A stretch of DNA of 64,000 nucleotides from an uncultured Bacillota bacterium (GTDB taxonomy: Bacteria; Bacillota_I; Bacilli_A; RF39; UBA660), in NCBI GenBank assembly GCA_945867665.1, contig CAMBIR010000005.1, forward strand, positions 8,659 to 72,658, written 5' to 3'. The notes under the pieces are model-generated. The model made no database searches and was not told the origin of the DNA. It worked only from the letters and a program-made list of their open reading frames with translations. The position numbers and the translations under genes were made by a program. Of this stretch, positions 47,449-57,086 are shown one piece after another. Within the stretch, counting starts at the first letter, position 1. Every line of letters begins with the position of its first letter.

Positions 47449-48612
47449 TTATTTTTCAAAAGCAGTGAATGATAACATTAATCCACCAGTAGTATTGGCT
47501 TGGTCATCATCTGTGTAACCATATTCACCGAATGTGAATGCTACTAGGAATGGAACATCTCCAGCTTCTTTTTTTAATTGTTCGTAAACTTCGTTCATTC
47601 TGTCTCCAATTCCTAAACGGCGTCCTCCACAGTGAACTAATAAATATCCGGCAGCATTTGGACATTTTTTCTTTAATTCTTTTAATGTCTTACCTGTTGA
47701 GTTAATTAATTCATCAACCGTTGCTTCCATTCTAATTACGGTTGTTCCAACAGCTAAATTTGCACCAATATTCATTGATTTATCATCATTTCCGTTCATT
47801 GGGTGACGAATTGCTGTTAAGTTACCTAATCTATCTTTTACGCCTAATGGACTTGTAATTGTTGTAACTAGTAAATTTCCACCAGTTACGGCTTCATCAT
47901 CTAAGCCTCTCCAATTTTTATATTTATCTAATGCTGGTTCTCCATCAATTTCTGCTAATACTCTTGTATCATTTAATTTGGTAATGATACCCATATCTTT
48001 TGTTTCATTATATGCTCCTGTATAAACGGTAGCAATATCATTCGCAGTATAGAAGAAGGCAGCAACTACTCCATCATTAAAGATAGTGTCATTATAGAAA
48101 ATTGACCATTTCCCTTCAACGGTATTATCAGCAGCACTTCCTCCAAAACATGGTACACGACCAATCACATCTTGGATACCTTTGATATATTCTTCTTCTT
48201 CAGCAGGGGATGCACTCATAAAGAAATAATCTGGTGCATAATCAAGTCCAGCTTTTTCTAGAGCCTTCTTCGCAACTTCGCGACCAGTTTCTCTGGCACT
48301 TTTTCCTTTTGCCATTCCATAGCATGCAACAGTTAAATCATCTCCGCCTAGAGTTAACATTCCAGCAGTTCCAGACTCATCAATCATATACCCGTCTGGT
48401 GTAATAATACCTGCTGATGAAGTACAACCAATGACATCAACATCTGTTGCTACAGATTTGATTCCTTCCATTAGTTTTTTTTGGTTATATCCTACAGAAT
48501 TAAATAATAGAGCTATTTTGGCATTCATTCCTTCTGTAGAAGTTTTTGCGGTTTCTACTCCGGCTTCGTAGGCATCAACATTTTTACTATAACCAACTTT
48601 TGCTTTTAACAT
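47449..48612 (-). CDS. FIST-domain protein (FIST_N plus FIST_C putative sensor)
   Basis: 387 aa, Gly/Ala-rich, with the characteristic FIST layout (…GCTSSAGIIT…, …FGEYGY…). Local GC is visibly higher than in neighbouring genes. Confidence 0.65.
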   Translation of the reverse strand: MLKAKVGYSKNVDAYEAGVETAKTSTEGMNAKIALLFNSVGYNQKKLMEGIKSVATDVDVIGCTSSAGIITPDGYMIDESGTAGMLTLGGDDLTVACYGMAKGKSARETGREVAKKALEKAGLDYAPDYFFMSASPAEEEEYIKGIQDVIGRVPCFGGSAADNTVEGKWSIFYNDTIFNDGVVAAFFYTANDIATVYTGAYNETKDMGIITKLNDTRVLAEIDGEPALDKYKNWRGLDDEAVTGGNLLVTTITSPLGVKDRLGNLTAIRHPMNGNDDKSMNIGANLAVGTTVIRMEATVDELINSTGKTLKELKKKCPNAAGYLLVHCGGRRLGIGDRMNEVYEQLKKEAGDVPFLVAFTFGEYGYTDDDQANTTGGLMLSFTAFEK

Positions 48613-48745
48613 AATTTTTCCTCCTTTATCGAATTTTTTATGTTTTTAATACCCCTATGGTATTATAGTTAAATTATAGCATAATAAAATTTCTTTTGTA
48701 AATAAAATTTTAATGGTTTACAAAAATATCAAAATAAATAGTAAA

Positions 48746-48770
48746 AAAAATACTAGATTGTCTAGTATTT
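48746..48770 (-). terminator. Terminator hairpin AAAAATACTAGA-ttg-TCTAGTATTT 3' of dCMP deaminase gene
   Basis: 10-bp stem, 3-nt loop, A8 run on the plus side gives T8 on the minus strand. Confidence 0.6.
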
Positions 48771-48791
48771 GAGAGATGTTTGGATAGCGAT

Positions 48792-49301
48792 TTATTTTTT
48801 TAAATTTAATACTAATTTTTTACTTTTCTCTTCTGAAAATTCAGTAAATTTTACTTCACATTTATTTAACATTATCTTAGAGGCTTTTGTTCCATCAGTA
48901 TTAGCATATTTGTCCGATAAATAAATAATTTCTTTGATGCCATTTTGAATAATTAGTTTTGTGCATTCATTACAGGGAAATAAAGTTACATATAATTTTG
49001 CTCCTTCTAAATCTTTTTTATTTCCTCTAAAATTAGAAATTGCATTTAATTCAGCATGGCAGACAAATGGGTATTTGGTTGCTAGAAAATCTCCTTCTCT
49101 ATCCCATGGAAAATATTTATCTTCAAACCCATTAGGAGCACCATTGTAACCTATGGATAAAATTCTATTGTCTGCACTAACAATGCAAGCGCCCACTTGT
49201 GTAGATGGGTCTTTACTTCTCATTGCAGATAATTCTGCTACTCCCATAAAATATTCATCCCAATCTAAATAATCCATTCTTTGTTTATTTACTTCTTCCA
49301 T
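48792..49301 (-). CDS. comEB: dCMP deaminase (ComEB-like cytidine/deoxycytidylate deaminase)
   Basis: Zinc-binding motifs HAELNAI and PCNECTKLII. 169 aa. Confidence 0.85.
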   Translation of the reverse strand: MEEVNKQRMDYLDWDEYFMGVAELSAMRSKDPSTQVGACIVSADNRILSIGYNGAPNGFEDKYFPWDREGDFLATKYPFVCHAELNAISNFRGNKKDLEGAKLYVTLFPCNECTKLIIQNGIKEIIYLSDKYANTDGTKASKIMLNKCEVKFTEFSEEKSKKLVLNLKK

Positions 49302-49376
49302 TTTTTACTTCCTTTCTTAATTTTTAGTTTATCATAAAAAAGATTATAAACGCATATTATTTACTGGTGATTAATA

Positions 49377-49649
49377 ATGTTTACTTTAAGAGATGCTGTT
49401 TTTGTCGCAAATGAATTGGGAGTTACTTTTGATCATTTTTCTGTCCAAGACTTGATTACAGGGTTAAATATTGAACTTGAGCACGGATATCAAAATCCTA
49501 TTACCAATATTACGAACAATGATTTATTGCTTACGGCGAAAATTGTACTTGCACATTTGAAGGAGTTTCCTAATTATTATAATGAAGAGTATGGTCTTCC
49601 CGCAATGGAGAGAGAATTAAAGAGACATTTAATGGAAGAATATAGTTAA
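49377..49649 (+). CDS. Hypothetical small protein
   Basis: 90-aa ORF on the rare plus strand, no family recognised. Confidence 0.4.
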   Translation: MFTLRDAVFVANELGVTFDHFSVQDLITGLNIELEHGYQNPITNITNNDLLLTAKIVLAHLKEFPNYYNEEYGLPAMERELKRHLMEEYS

Positions 49650-49670
49650 AATACTTATCTTTATTTTTCC

Positions 49671-50597
49671 TTAATCTTTGTTTTGAAATAGTTTAGAGAT
49701 ATTTTTCTTAGGAACTAGTATTTTTACATTTTTTTGAATTTTGATATGATAGGTATCTTGTTTATTTCTTTCTAATTTTTCCCCATCTATACACCAAGTT
49801 TTATTTTCAGCATTATTGATGGTTAATTTGATTTCATTCGTTTTGTAAAAATAGATTCCTGGGACTTTACTTGGGTCATATGTGGTTAAGAAGTAAAGAC
49901 TTTTTAAGATATCTTTCTTTTTACTTATTGTACAAAGAACAATTTCGAATTTATCATCGTCTAGTAAGACATCTTTATAAACATTCTTTACCCCAGCGAT
50001 ATGGTTGGCATTGGATATGATGATAAAAGAAAATAGGCCTCGATACTTTTCACCGTTTACTTCATAACTTACATCATATAATTTTGTCTTTTGAAAAAAA
50101 GTCTGAAATGCTCCTTTTAAATAGGCTAAATGGCCTATTTTCTTTTTGAGTGGTCTTGGAGTATCATAGGAAATATTGGTATATTTTCCGAATCCTGCAA
50201 CATAAACGAATGGGTGTTTATTAATTAAGCCAATATCAAAATCTTTTACTTTTCCATTTAAAGAAAGGGAAATATTAGATAAAATATCTTTCGTATATCC
50301 TAGCATAGCGCCTATGTCATTGGTTGTACCAACAGGAATGTGGGTTAATAATAGAGGAGTTTTTCTTTTTAAGTTTCCGGTTACAATTTCGTTAAATGTT
50401 CCATCTCCTCCAAAAGACATGACTAAGTCGACAGGTGGTAATTTTTCTATAATTTTTATCGCATGTCCTTTATATTTGGTAGAAATAAATTCTACTTCAT
50501 CATACTTAGATTGAATGATTTTTTCTATCTCTGGAATATATTTTTCTACTTCTTTTCTTCCTGAATTTGGATTATAAATAATTGTACATTTTGTCAT
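49671..50597 (-). CDS. dagK: Diacylglycerol kinase-family lipid kinase (DagK/YegS-like)
   Basis: DAGK_cat motifs IYNPNSGR and FGGDGTFNEIVTG. 308 aa. Confidence 0.8.
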   Translation of the reverse strand: MTKCTIIYNPNSGRKEVEKYIPEIEKIIQSKYDEVEFISTKYKGHAIKIIEKLPPVDLVMSFGGDGTFNEIVTGNLKRKTPLLLTHIPVGTTNDIGAMLGYTKDILSNISLSLNGKVKDFDIGLINKHPFVYVAGFGKYTNISYDTPRPLKKKIGHLAYLKGAFQTFFQKTKLYDVSYEVNGEKYRGLFSFIIISNANHIAGVKNVYKDVLLDDDKFEIVLCTISKKKDILKSLYFLTTYDPSKVPGIYFYKTNEIKLTINNAENKTWCIDGEKLERNKQDTYHIKIQKNVKILVPKKNISKLFQNKD

Positions 50598-50664
50598 TAG
50601 ATACTCCTTTCTTCTTTATTGTAACATATTTTAACTGAAACCAACCTTAAAAATAGAGAAAAAA

Positions 50665-52419
50665 GGGGCTGTCATGAAATGAAATAATTTCATACAGCTT
50701 TTTTCTTTTGAATTTTTTGCTTTGGAAATGGTAATTTTTCTGTTTTTAGATTGTTTGGCTTTTCCCAATAGTTGCTTTTGATTTTATCATTGTTAAGTAG
50801 AACAAAAAATTTTCTTATATTTCTTCCTAAACACATAAGCATTATTTCACAAGATACTTTTTCTAATCCACGTCTTCTTATTCGCTCATAATTCATATTT
50901 TGTTTAAGTTGTCCAAAAGTACCTTCTACTTGAATACTTCTATTTATCCTTATTTCTATACCTTTAGGACTAAGTAAATTTTTTCTTGCCTGTTCTTTTA
51001 ATAATTCGTAATCAGTATTTAGTTCATATAATCTATAATCTAAATCTTTATTCTTCAAATTTTTCTTACAAATATAAGCATAATTGCAAGCATTGCAACC
51101 TATAAATTTATATAACTTGCCTTTCTTATTTCTTTGATGATGACTATAGTTAAAAGGAACTTCTTCTCCAATACAAGTATTTAAACACATAACTCCATCA
51201 TCAAAAGTATAAAAAAGTTGAGGTCTTTTACCATCTGCTTCGCCACTCCATGTTTGAAATTTAACATAGTTTCCAATATTGTGCTCTCGCATATATTTAT
51301 AATTCACATAAATTCCATATCCTGAATCAGCACATTCGTTTTCAGGGTACTCATTATAATATTTAAAATATAAATCATTCATTGAAATAAAAGTATAATA
51401 ATCACTTCTATCTTGGAATACTCCGTACAAAGTTATTAATTCACTTGATACCATTACCTGAATATTATAGCCAGCGTGAAAATCATGACTTAATTTTGAA
51501 TAATAATCTTCCTTTAATACCATTGCTGTTGCATCTTTATCTGTCTTAAAATAAGAGTTTCTATTTTCGCCACAAATTCTTTCTTTTTCTTCATATTCTA
51601 GTAGTTTTATTAGATATTGGTATGCCAATTTATAATTTTTTTGCTCTTTAGTCAAACGCTTACCTTTCCCAGTTGGAATAGAATTTATATCAATATTTTT
51701 CCTAATAACATATTCTTTGATTTTTTCATTTAACTCATTACTTTTGATTAAATTTTTATCATTTATTTCCATATCCATTGATAGTAATAATTCTTTGATT
51801 TTAATATCAAGTTTTTTATGAAAGGTGGTTGGCTTCCAAACAAATTTATATTTGTTAGCATTAGCTTCTATTTTAGTTCCATCCAAATATTGATTAGTTA
51901 TATCTAAATTAAACTCTTCTATAATTGTCTTTGTTACCATAGTAAATATTTCATATTGATAAGGAAGAATGTACTTATTAATACACTCACAAATAGCATT
52001 ATAACTAGGTTGCTCTTGTTCCATTATATACATTACTCTTAAATCAAAAACACAAAGTTGTTCTATTTCTCTTAAACTACTTTTAAATTGGGAAAAGCAA
52101 TAAATTATAGCAGCTACCAAATTATATGGATTATAACCGTTTCTACCATTTTTCTTTTGTACTTTTTCAATTAGAGTTCCTATATTACTTTTATTTAAAA
52201 TTGATATAAATTTGTCTATTTTATCAAATTCCTCATAACACTCTTTTGAGGACACTATGAAAATAGACCTTTTTATGGTAAAATAATTCATGTGATACAT
52301 CTTCTTTCAGCAATTTGATTGTATCACATATAGCGTTAGAAATTAGTTTTTCTAGCGTTTTTTATATTTTAATTAACAAAAAAAGAACTGTATGAAATTA
52401 TTTCATTTCATGACAGCCC
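50665..52419 (-). mobile_element. Complete IS1182-family insertion sequence (about 1.75 kb) with 33-36-bp terminal inverted repeats
   Basis: Perfect inverted repeats GGGGCTGTCATGAAATGAAATAATTTCATACAG at 50665-50697 and its reverse complement at 52387-52419, flanking a single DDE transposase ORF. Confidence 0.8.
50690..52300 (-). CDS. IS1182-family DDE transposase
   Basis: 536 aa. N-terminal GRNGYNPYNLVAAIIYCFSQFKSSLREIEQLC and central DGTKIEANANKYKFVW are IS1182/IS5-superfamily hallmarks. Confidence 0.8.
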   Translation of the reverse strand: MYHMNYFTIKRSIFIVSSKECYEEFDKIDKFISILNKSNIGTLIEKVQKKNGRNGYNPYNLVAAIIYCFSQFKSSLREIEQLCVFDLRVMYIMEQEQPSYNAICECINKYILPYQYEIFTMVTKTIIEEFNLDITNQYLDGTKIEANANKYKFVWKPTTFHKKLDIKIKELLLSMDMEINDKNLIKSNELNEKIKEYVIRKNIDINSIPTGKGKRLTKEQKNYKLAYQYLIKLLEYEEKERICGENRNSYFKTDKDATAMVLKEDYYSKLSHDFHAGYNIQVMVSSELITLYGVFQDRSDYYTFISMNDLYFKYYNEYPENECADSGYGIYVNYKYMREHNIGNYVKFQTWSGEADGKRPQLFYTFDDGVMCLNTCIGEEVPFNYSHHQRNKKGKLYKFIGCNACNYAYICKKNLKNKDLDYRLYELNTDYELLKEQARKNLLSPKGIEIRINRSIQVEGTFGQLKQNMNYERIRRRGLEKVSCEIMLMCLGRNIRKFFVLLNNDKIKSNYWEKPNNLKTEKLPFPKQKIQKKKAV

Positions 52420-52423
52420 CTTC

Positions 52424-52639
52424 TTATTTACAAAATGGAATAAATCCCATGAATCTTGCTAATTTTACTTGTTTTGCTACTTCTCTTTGGTGTTTAGCAC
52501 ATGTACCAGTAAATCTTCTTGGTAAGATTTTTCCGCTATCGCTTATGTATTTGCTAATAATTGGAACATCTTTATAATCTACTGATTTTCCAGCACACAT
52601 ATGACATATTTTTTTTCTTTTTTTACGAAATTCTGCCAT
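52424..52639 (-). CDS. rpsR: 30S ribosomal protein S18
   Basis: 71 aa, FRKKRKKICHMCAG...DYKDV...LPRRFTGTCAKHQR consensus. Confidence 0.9.
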   Translation of the reverse strand: MAEFRKKRKKICHMCAGKSVDYKDVPIISKYISDSGKILPRRFTGTCAKHQREVAKQVKLARFMGFIPFCK

Positions 52640-52656
52640 TATTATTTTCCTCCTTT

Positions 52657-53199
52657 TTAAAAAGGTAAATCGTTATCACTAATTTCTACTTCTTCGCCAA
52701 ATGCTGCAAATGGATCTTTTTCTTCTTCAATGTTCATTGATGTATTTTGTGGTTGTCCACTAGTAGTTGTATTTGGAGTTTCTCCAGCAAAATCATATGG
52801 TGTTCTTTCTACTGGTGGCTCTGGCATTGAATTAAAATTATTGCCATTAGATGCAGCATTTCTTGACTCTAAGAATTGAACATTAGTTGCTACAACTTCT
52901 GTAACGTAAACTTTTCTACCTTCGTTATTATCATAATTTCTTGTTTGAATTCTTCCTTCAACAGCAATTAATCTTCCTTTTGACATATATTTTCCAACAT
53001 TTTCAGCAGTCTTATCCCATACTACGACATTGATAAAGTCTGCTTCCCTTTGACCGGATGCTTGATTGGTAAAAGGTCTATCAATTGCAACGGTAAATTG
53101 ACATACAGCACGATTTGAACTTGTATATCTTAATTCTGGATCTCTGGTTAATCTTCCGATTAATATTGCTTTATTCATCAAAATCCTCCTAATCCTCAA
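52657..53199 (-). CDS. ssb: Single-stranded DNA-binding protein (canonical, acidic C-terminal tail DNDLPF)
   Basis: OB-fold N-terminus MNKAILIGRLTRDPELRYT, Gly/Gln/Asn-rich linker, C-terminal DNDLPF. Confidence 0.9.
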   Translation of the reverse strand: MRIRRILMNKAILIGRLTRDPELRYTSSNRAVCQFTVAIDRPFTNQASGQREADFINVVVWDKTAENVGKYMSKGRLIAVEGRIQTRNYDNNEGRKVYVTEVVATNVQFLESRNAASNGNNFNSMPEPPVERTPYDFAGETPNTTTSGQPQNTSMNIEEEKDPFAAFGEEVEISDNDLPF

Positions 53200-53479
53200 T
53201 TTTTAATACTAAATGTCTAACAACATTTTCATCGATTCTAGCAACACGATCAAATTCTTTTGTTGCTTCATTTGAAGATGTTTCAATATTGTATAGATAG
53301 TAGTAACCAGATTTCATTTTCTTAATTTCATAGGCAAATTCTTTTTGACCTAATTCTTTTGATAATGTGATGGTAGCTTTATTTTCTGTTAATGTTTTTT
53401 CTAATGCTGTAACGGTTGCTTTTCTTGTTTCTTCATCTACGTCTGGTCTTACGATAAACATAATTTCATATTTATTCAT
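53189..53479 (-). CDS. rpsF: 30S ribosomal protein S6
   Basis: 96 aa, MNKYEIMFIVRPDVDEE... consensus. Forms the classic rpsF-ssb-rpsR operon. Confidence 0.9.
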   Translation of the reverse strand: MNKYEIMFIVRPDVDEETRKATVTALEKTLTENKATITLSKELGQKEFAYEIKKMKSGYYYLYNIETSSNEATKEFDRVARIDENVVRHLVLKIED

Positions 53480-53697
53480 TTTTCCACCTCCTTATGGTCT
53501 ATTCGGCTTAATTTAAAATTAAGCAAGGAACTTTCGTTCGATTGATATTATATCATAATTTAATTACATAAGTAAACTGTTATTTTACTCTTTTTCTAAA
53601 AAAATACTTCATTAAATTTTTCTAAAGAAAAAGATACTTCTATAGAAAGAATAACTAATTAATTTTTTAAAAATTAGCTTTTTTTTAAGTAATTTCT

Positions 53698-55098
53698 TTA
53701 ACGTCTTCTCTTAGATACTTCTGAGTCATCTTGTAAATTATACAACTCACTATAATTTATAGCGTTACTAGAAGGTGAGATAAGATTGGTAACTATACTA
53801 GTTTCACTCTTCTCTCTATAGTCTTTTAAAGGTTTACTCCTGACTGGAAGACGTAATTTTCTGATTGCTTTTAATTCTATTTGTCTAACTCGATTTTCTG
53901 TCATATTCAATATTTTTCCCACTTGGTTTTCAGATAAGGGATGAGCGTTAGATAAACCTAGTAATAAATCTAGAACAGTTCTTTCTCTATCAGTTAAACT
54001 GTCTAATAAATTATTTAAGTTTTCTGTTAATTCTTTTTTTATCACTATATTTTCTGGATTTTTAGATTGAATAATATTATCCACATTTCTTATTTCTTCT
54101 TTTGCGTTCCAATTTTCATCTTCTAAGTATTCATCTAAGCTAACCATTGATTCCATTAGAATTTTTCTAATTTGATTATATGTCTCTCTATACTTTTTAA
54201 AATCTTCTGGTATTGGTTGAGCAGTTGATAAATTTATCATTTTAATATATTGGGGATGAGTTTGCTTTCTGGCTTGCTCTATTCTTATCATTTCATCAAG
54301 GATTAATCTTGCCAATTTTTCATTTTCTAGAATGGTTTCATTTTCTCTTTTTTCCACATTATTTTTTGCTTTTAAATATAGCGAGTACCAATTTCGATTG
54401 CTTGTTTTATTTTGAGGATTATACAGCTTGGTTTTATTTTTTTGAATCCAATAATTAATTTGATTTACTAGATAATTTGCAAATGTTCCACGACTTTTAT
54501 CATAATTATCAATATTATTTATCGCTTCTACAAGTGCTTCGTAGCCATAGCTTTCTATTTCACTGATATCTTTATCATAAAAAAGGGAATATTTCCAACA
54601 AACATAAGGGACTAAACGCATATTTCCCAATATTAATTCATCTCTTAAGGTATTATCTTTTTTCTTTTGATAAAGTTCTGCTTTGATTTGGGACTCTTCT
54701 GAAGTTAAAGCCTTGGGCAATTCTTGATTTTTATAAGTCCGTAAATTTTCATAATTTTCAAATTGTTCATCTAGAATAGTGTCTTTTCCCCTTACTAGAA
54801 TATTTTTTTCTTCTAAATATTTCATAATATTATTTGTTTCGGTTTCGTTTAGATTAAGAGAAATAATATCTTTTAACTTGATAGCAGGAATTCTGGTACT
54901 GCTATATTTTTTCATTTTGCCATTTTTTGTTTCTATGTAGCCTACAAATTCTCTATCTTGATCAAATTCTTTTCTTTTTTTGACAAAATAAATATGCCCT
55001 GGTATAAATTCTTTTTCAACAAAATCTTCTAATTGTTCCTTTGTTTCAAAATGAAGATTTTCTGGTTGTTTCCTTTCTAGTTCCGACATTTTATTCAC
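53698..55098 (-). CDS. Atypical sigma-70-family RNA polymerase sigma factor with about 150-aa N-terminal extension
   Basis: Region 2 (ELILGNMRLVPYVCWKYSLFYDKDISEIESYGYEALVEAINNIDNYD…FANYLVNQINYWIQ) and region 4 (LTDRERTVLDLLLGL…VGKILNMTENRVRQIELKAIRKLR) are recognisable. The N-terminal 150 aa and a long region-3 linker have no homolog I recognise. Confidence 0.6.
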   Translation of the reverse strand: MNKMSELERKQPENLHFETKEQLEDFVEKEFIPGHIYFVKKRKEFDQDREFVGYIETKNGKMKKYSSTRIPAIKLKDIISLNLNETETNNIMKYLEEKNILVRGKDTILDEQFENYENLRTYKNQELPKALTSEESQIKAELYQKKKDNTLRDELILGNMRLVPYVCWKYSLFYDKDISEIESYGYEALVEAINNIDNYDKSRGTFANYLVNQINYWIQKNKTKLYNPQNKTSNRNWYSLYLKAKNNVEKRENETILENEKLARLILDEMIRIEQARKQTHPQYIKMINLSTAQPIPEDFKKYRETYNQIRKILMESMVSLDEYLEDENWNAKEEIRNVDNIIQSKNPENIVIKKELTENLNNLLDSLTDRERTVLDLLLGLSNAHPLSENQVGKILNMTENRVRQIELKAIRKLRLPVRSKPLKDYREKSETSIVTNLISPSSNAINYSELYNLQDDSEVSKRRR

Positions 55099-55237
55099 CT
55101 CTTTTGTTTTATTTTATCATAAATATTTTTATTATTTATTAATTTTTGTTATTCTTAACTAATTTTACATTTTTATTAATAGACTATATATAATTATTTT
55201 GTCTTTAGAATTTAATTTATCACTTTTTTAAATATAG

Positions 55238-55279
55238 AAAATACTTATCAAATATTAGAGACTCGATAAGTATTTTTTT
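55238..55279. terminator. Terminator hairpin GAAAATACTTATC…GATAAGTATTTT 3' of pepF
   Basis: 12-bp stem, 15-nt loop, T7 tail. Confidence 0.55.
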
Positions 55280-55280
55280 A

Positions 55281-57068
55281 TTATTCATCTGTTAATTTTT
55301 TAAATTCTTCGATAGTTTCGTTAAACATATTTAAAGCACTTTCGACAACTTCTTTTTTGGTTAAGTCAACGCCTGCTAGTTTAAGGGAATCAATTGGATT
55401 CTTTTTACTACCGCATTTTAAGAATGATTTATAATTTTCTACAGCATTTTCTTTTCCTGATAAAATATCATTGGCAATATGGCAAGCGGCGGATAAGCCA
55501 GTTGCGTATTGATAAACATAGAAGTTGTAATAAAAGTGAGGAATTCTTGCCCATTCATACTGAATTTCTTCATCGACAATGACACCACTTCCGAAGTATT
55601 TTTTGTTTAAATTATAATATTTTTCCGACAAATGATCGGCGGTTAGTGGGATATCTTTTTCGGCATCTTCGTAAATTTTTTGTTCAAATTCGGCGAACAT
55701 GGTTTGGCGATAGATTGTTGCTTTAAATAAGTTCATTAATTTATCTAGGATAAATCGTTTTTCTTCTTTGTTATCGCTAGTTTTTAAAAGATATTTTGCT
55801 AGCAAGATTTCGTTTGTGGTAGAGGCTACTTCAGCAACAAAGATAGAATAGTTTCCATATTGATAAGGGTTGCTTATTCTAGTGTAGTAGCTGTGCATTG
55901 AGTGTCCTGCTTCGTGGGCTAGGGTTGACATGTCATCGTATTTTTCTTGATAATTTAGAAGGATATAAGGTTCTGTATCGTAAGATCCTCCTGAATAGCC
56001 ACCGGTTCTTTTTGATGAAGTTGGATAGACATCTACCCAATTACTGTTTAATCCTTTTTCTAGAGTACTGATATAGTCTTCTCCTAGAATAGATAGGGCT
56101 TTTAAGACCGTTTCTTTTGCTTCTTCATAAGGGTATTTTTTATCGAATTCTTTTACGATTGGGGTATAAATATCATATAAATGTAATTCGTCTAACTTTA
56201 GTATTTCTTTTTTTAGGGCATAATACTTATAGAGAATATTCATGTTGTTAGAGACTGTTTCAATTAAATTGTTATAAATTGATTCATCTAATTCATCATC
56301 GTATAGACACCACTGAATCGTTGAGGCATATTTTCTTATTTTAGCAATTGTAGCGTTTTCATTAATGTTTCCTGATAAGGTTGATGCAAAGGTATTAATA
56401 AATTGTTTATAAGTTTTATAAAGAGTTTGGAAAGCATCTTTTCTTACTCTTCTATTTTTTGATTCAATATAGATAGAATAATTGCTACAAGTTAGCTCAA
56501 CTTCTTTTTCTTCTTCATCTAAGATGGAGCCAAAAGATAAATCAGAGTCTTTTAATAACTCGTAAGTTTGGTAGTTATTATTTAGTATTTTGGTAAGGCT
56601 TGATAATAATTTTTCTTCTCTATCAGATAGGGTGTGTTCTTTATATCGAAATTCTTTTTTTAAAATGATTTCATAGTCTTTTAATTTTGGTTCTTCTAAA
56701 TAATACTTTTCAATTTCTTGGTATTCTTTTTTTAAGATGGTAGGCGTTACAAAGAAACTTGCTTTACTCCATTTATCTAGTAAATTAGATACTTTTATTT
56801 TTAGGGCTTGATTGTCGTTATTTGCTGTATTGGTATCTGATAATAGGCTGGTATAGACGTATAGTTTGTCTAAAATTCTAGCGATTTCATAGTAGGTATT
56901 GATTGTTTCATAAAAACCTTTAGCATTTTCTTTCATGATGTTTTCATATTTTTTGAAGTCTTCGATTAAATCTTCTGCTTTTTTATAACTTTCTTCAAAA
57001 TCTTTTGGTGACCTAAAAATTTGGGTTAAGTCCCATTTGTACTTCGTATCAATTTGATTTCTATCCAT
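55281..57068 (-). CDS. pepF: Oligoendopeptidase F (M3B family)
   Basis: 595 aa, zinc-binding HEAGHSMHSYYT (HExxH) plus downstream Glu, M3B architecture. Confidence 0.85.
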   Translation of the reverse strand: MDRNQIDTKYKWDLTQIFRSPKDFEESYKKAEDLIEDFKKYENIMKENAKGFYETINTYYEIARILDKLYVYTSLLSDTNTANNDNQALKIKVSNLLDKWSKASFFVTPTILKKEYQEIEKYYLEEPKLKDYEIILKKEFRYKEHTLSDREEKLLSSLTKILNNNYQTYELLKDSDLSFGSILDEEEKEVELTCSNYSIYIESKNRRVRKDAFQTLYKTYKQFINTFASTLSGNINENATIAKIRKYASTIQWCLYDDELDESIYNNLIETVSNNMNILYKYYALKKEILKLDELHLYDIYTPIVKEFDKKYPYEEAKETVLKALSILGEDYISTLEKGLNSNWVDVYPTSSKRTGGYSGGSYDTEPYILLNYQEKYDDMSTLAHEAGHSMHSYYTRISNPYQYGNYSIFVAEVASTTNEILLAKYLLKTSDNKEEKRFILDKLMNLFKATIYRQTMFAEFEQKIYEDAEKDIPLTADHLSEKYYNLNKKYFGSGVIVDEEIQYEWARIPHFYYNFYVYQYATGLSAACHIANDILSGKENAVENYKSFLKCGSKKNPIDSLKLAGVDLTKKEVVESALNMFNETIEEFKKLTDE

Positions 57069-57086
57069 TTTCTTCCCTCTTTCTTT

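Noticed and set aside
52392-52577. 61-aa plus-strand ORF spanning the IS right inverted repeat and rpsR
   Set aside because: Antisense to rpsR, and starts inside the IS terminal repeat. Spurious.
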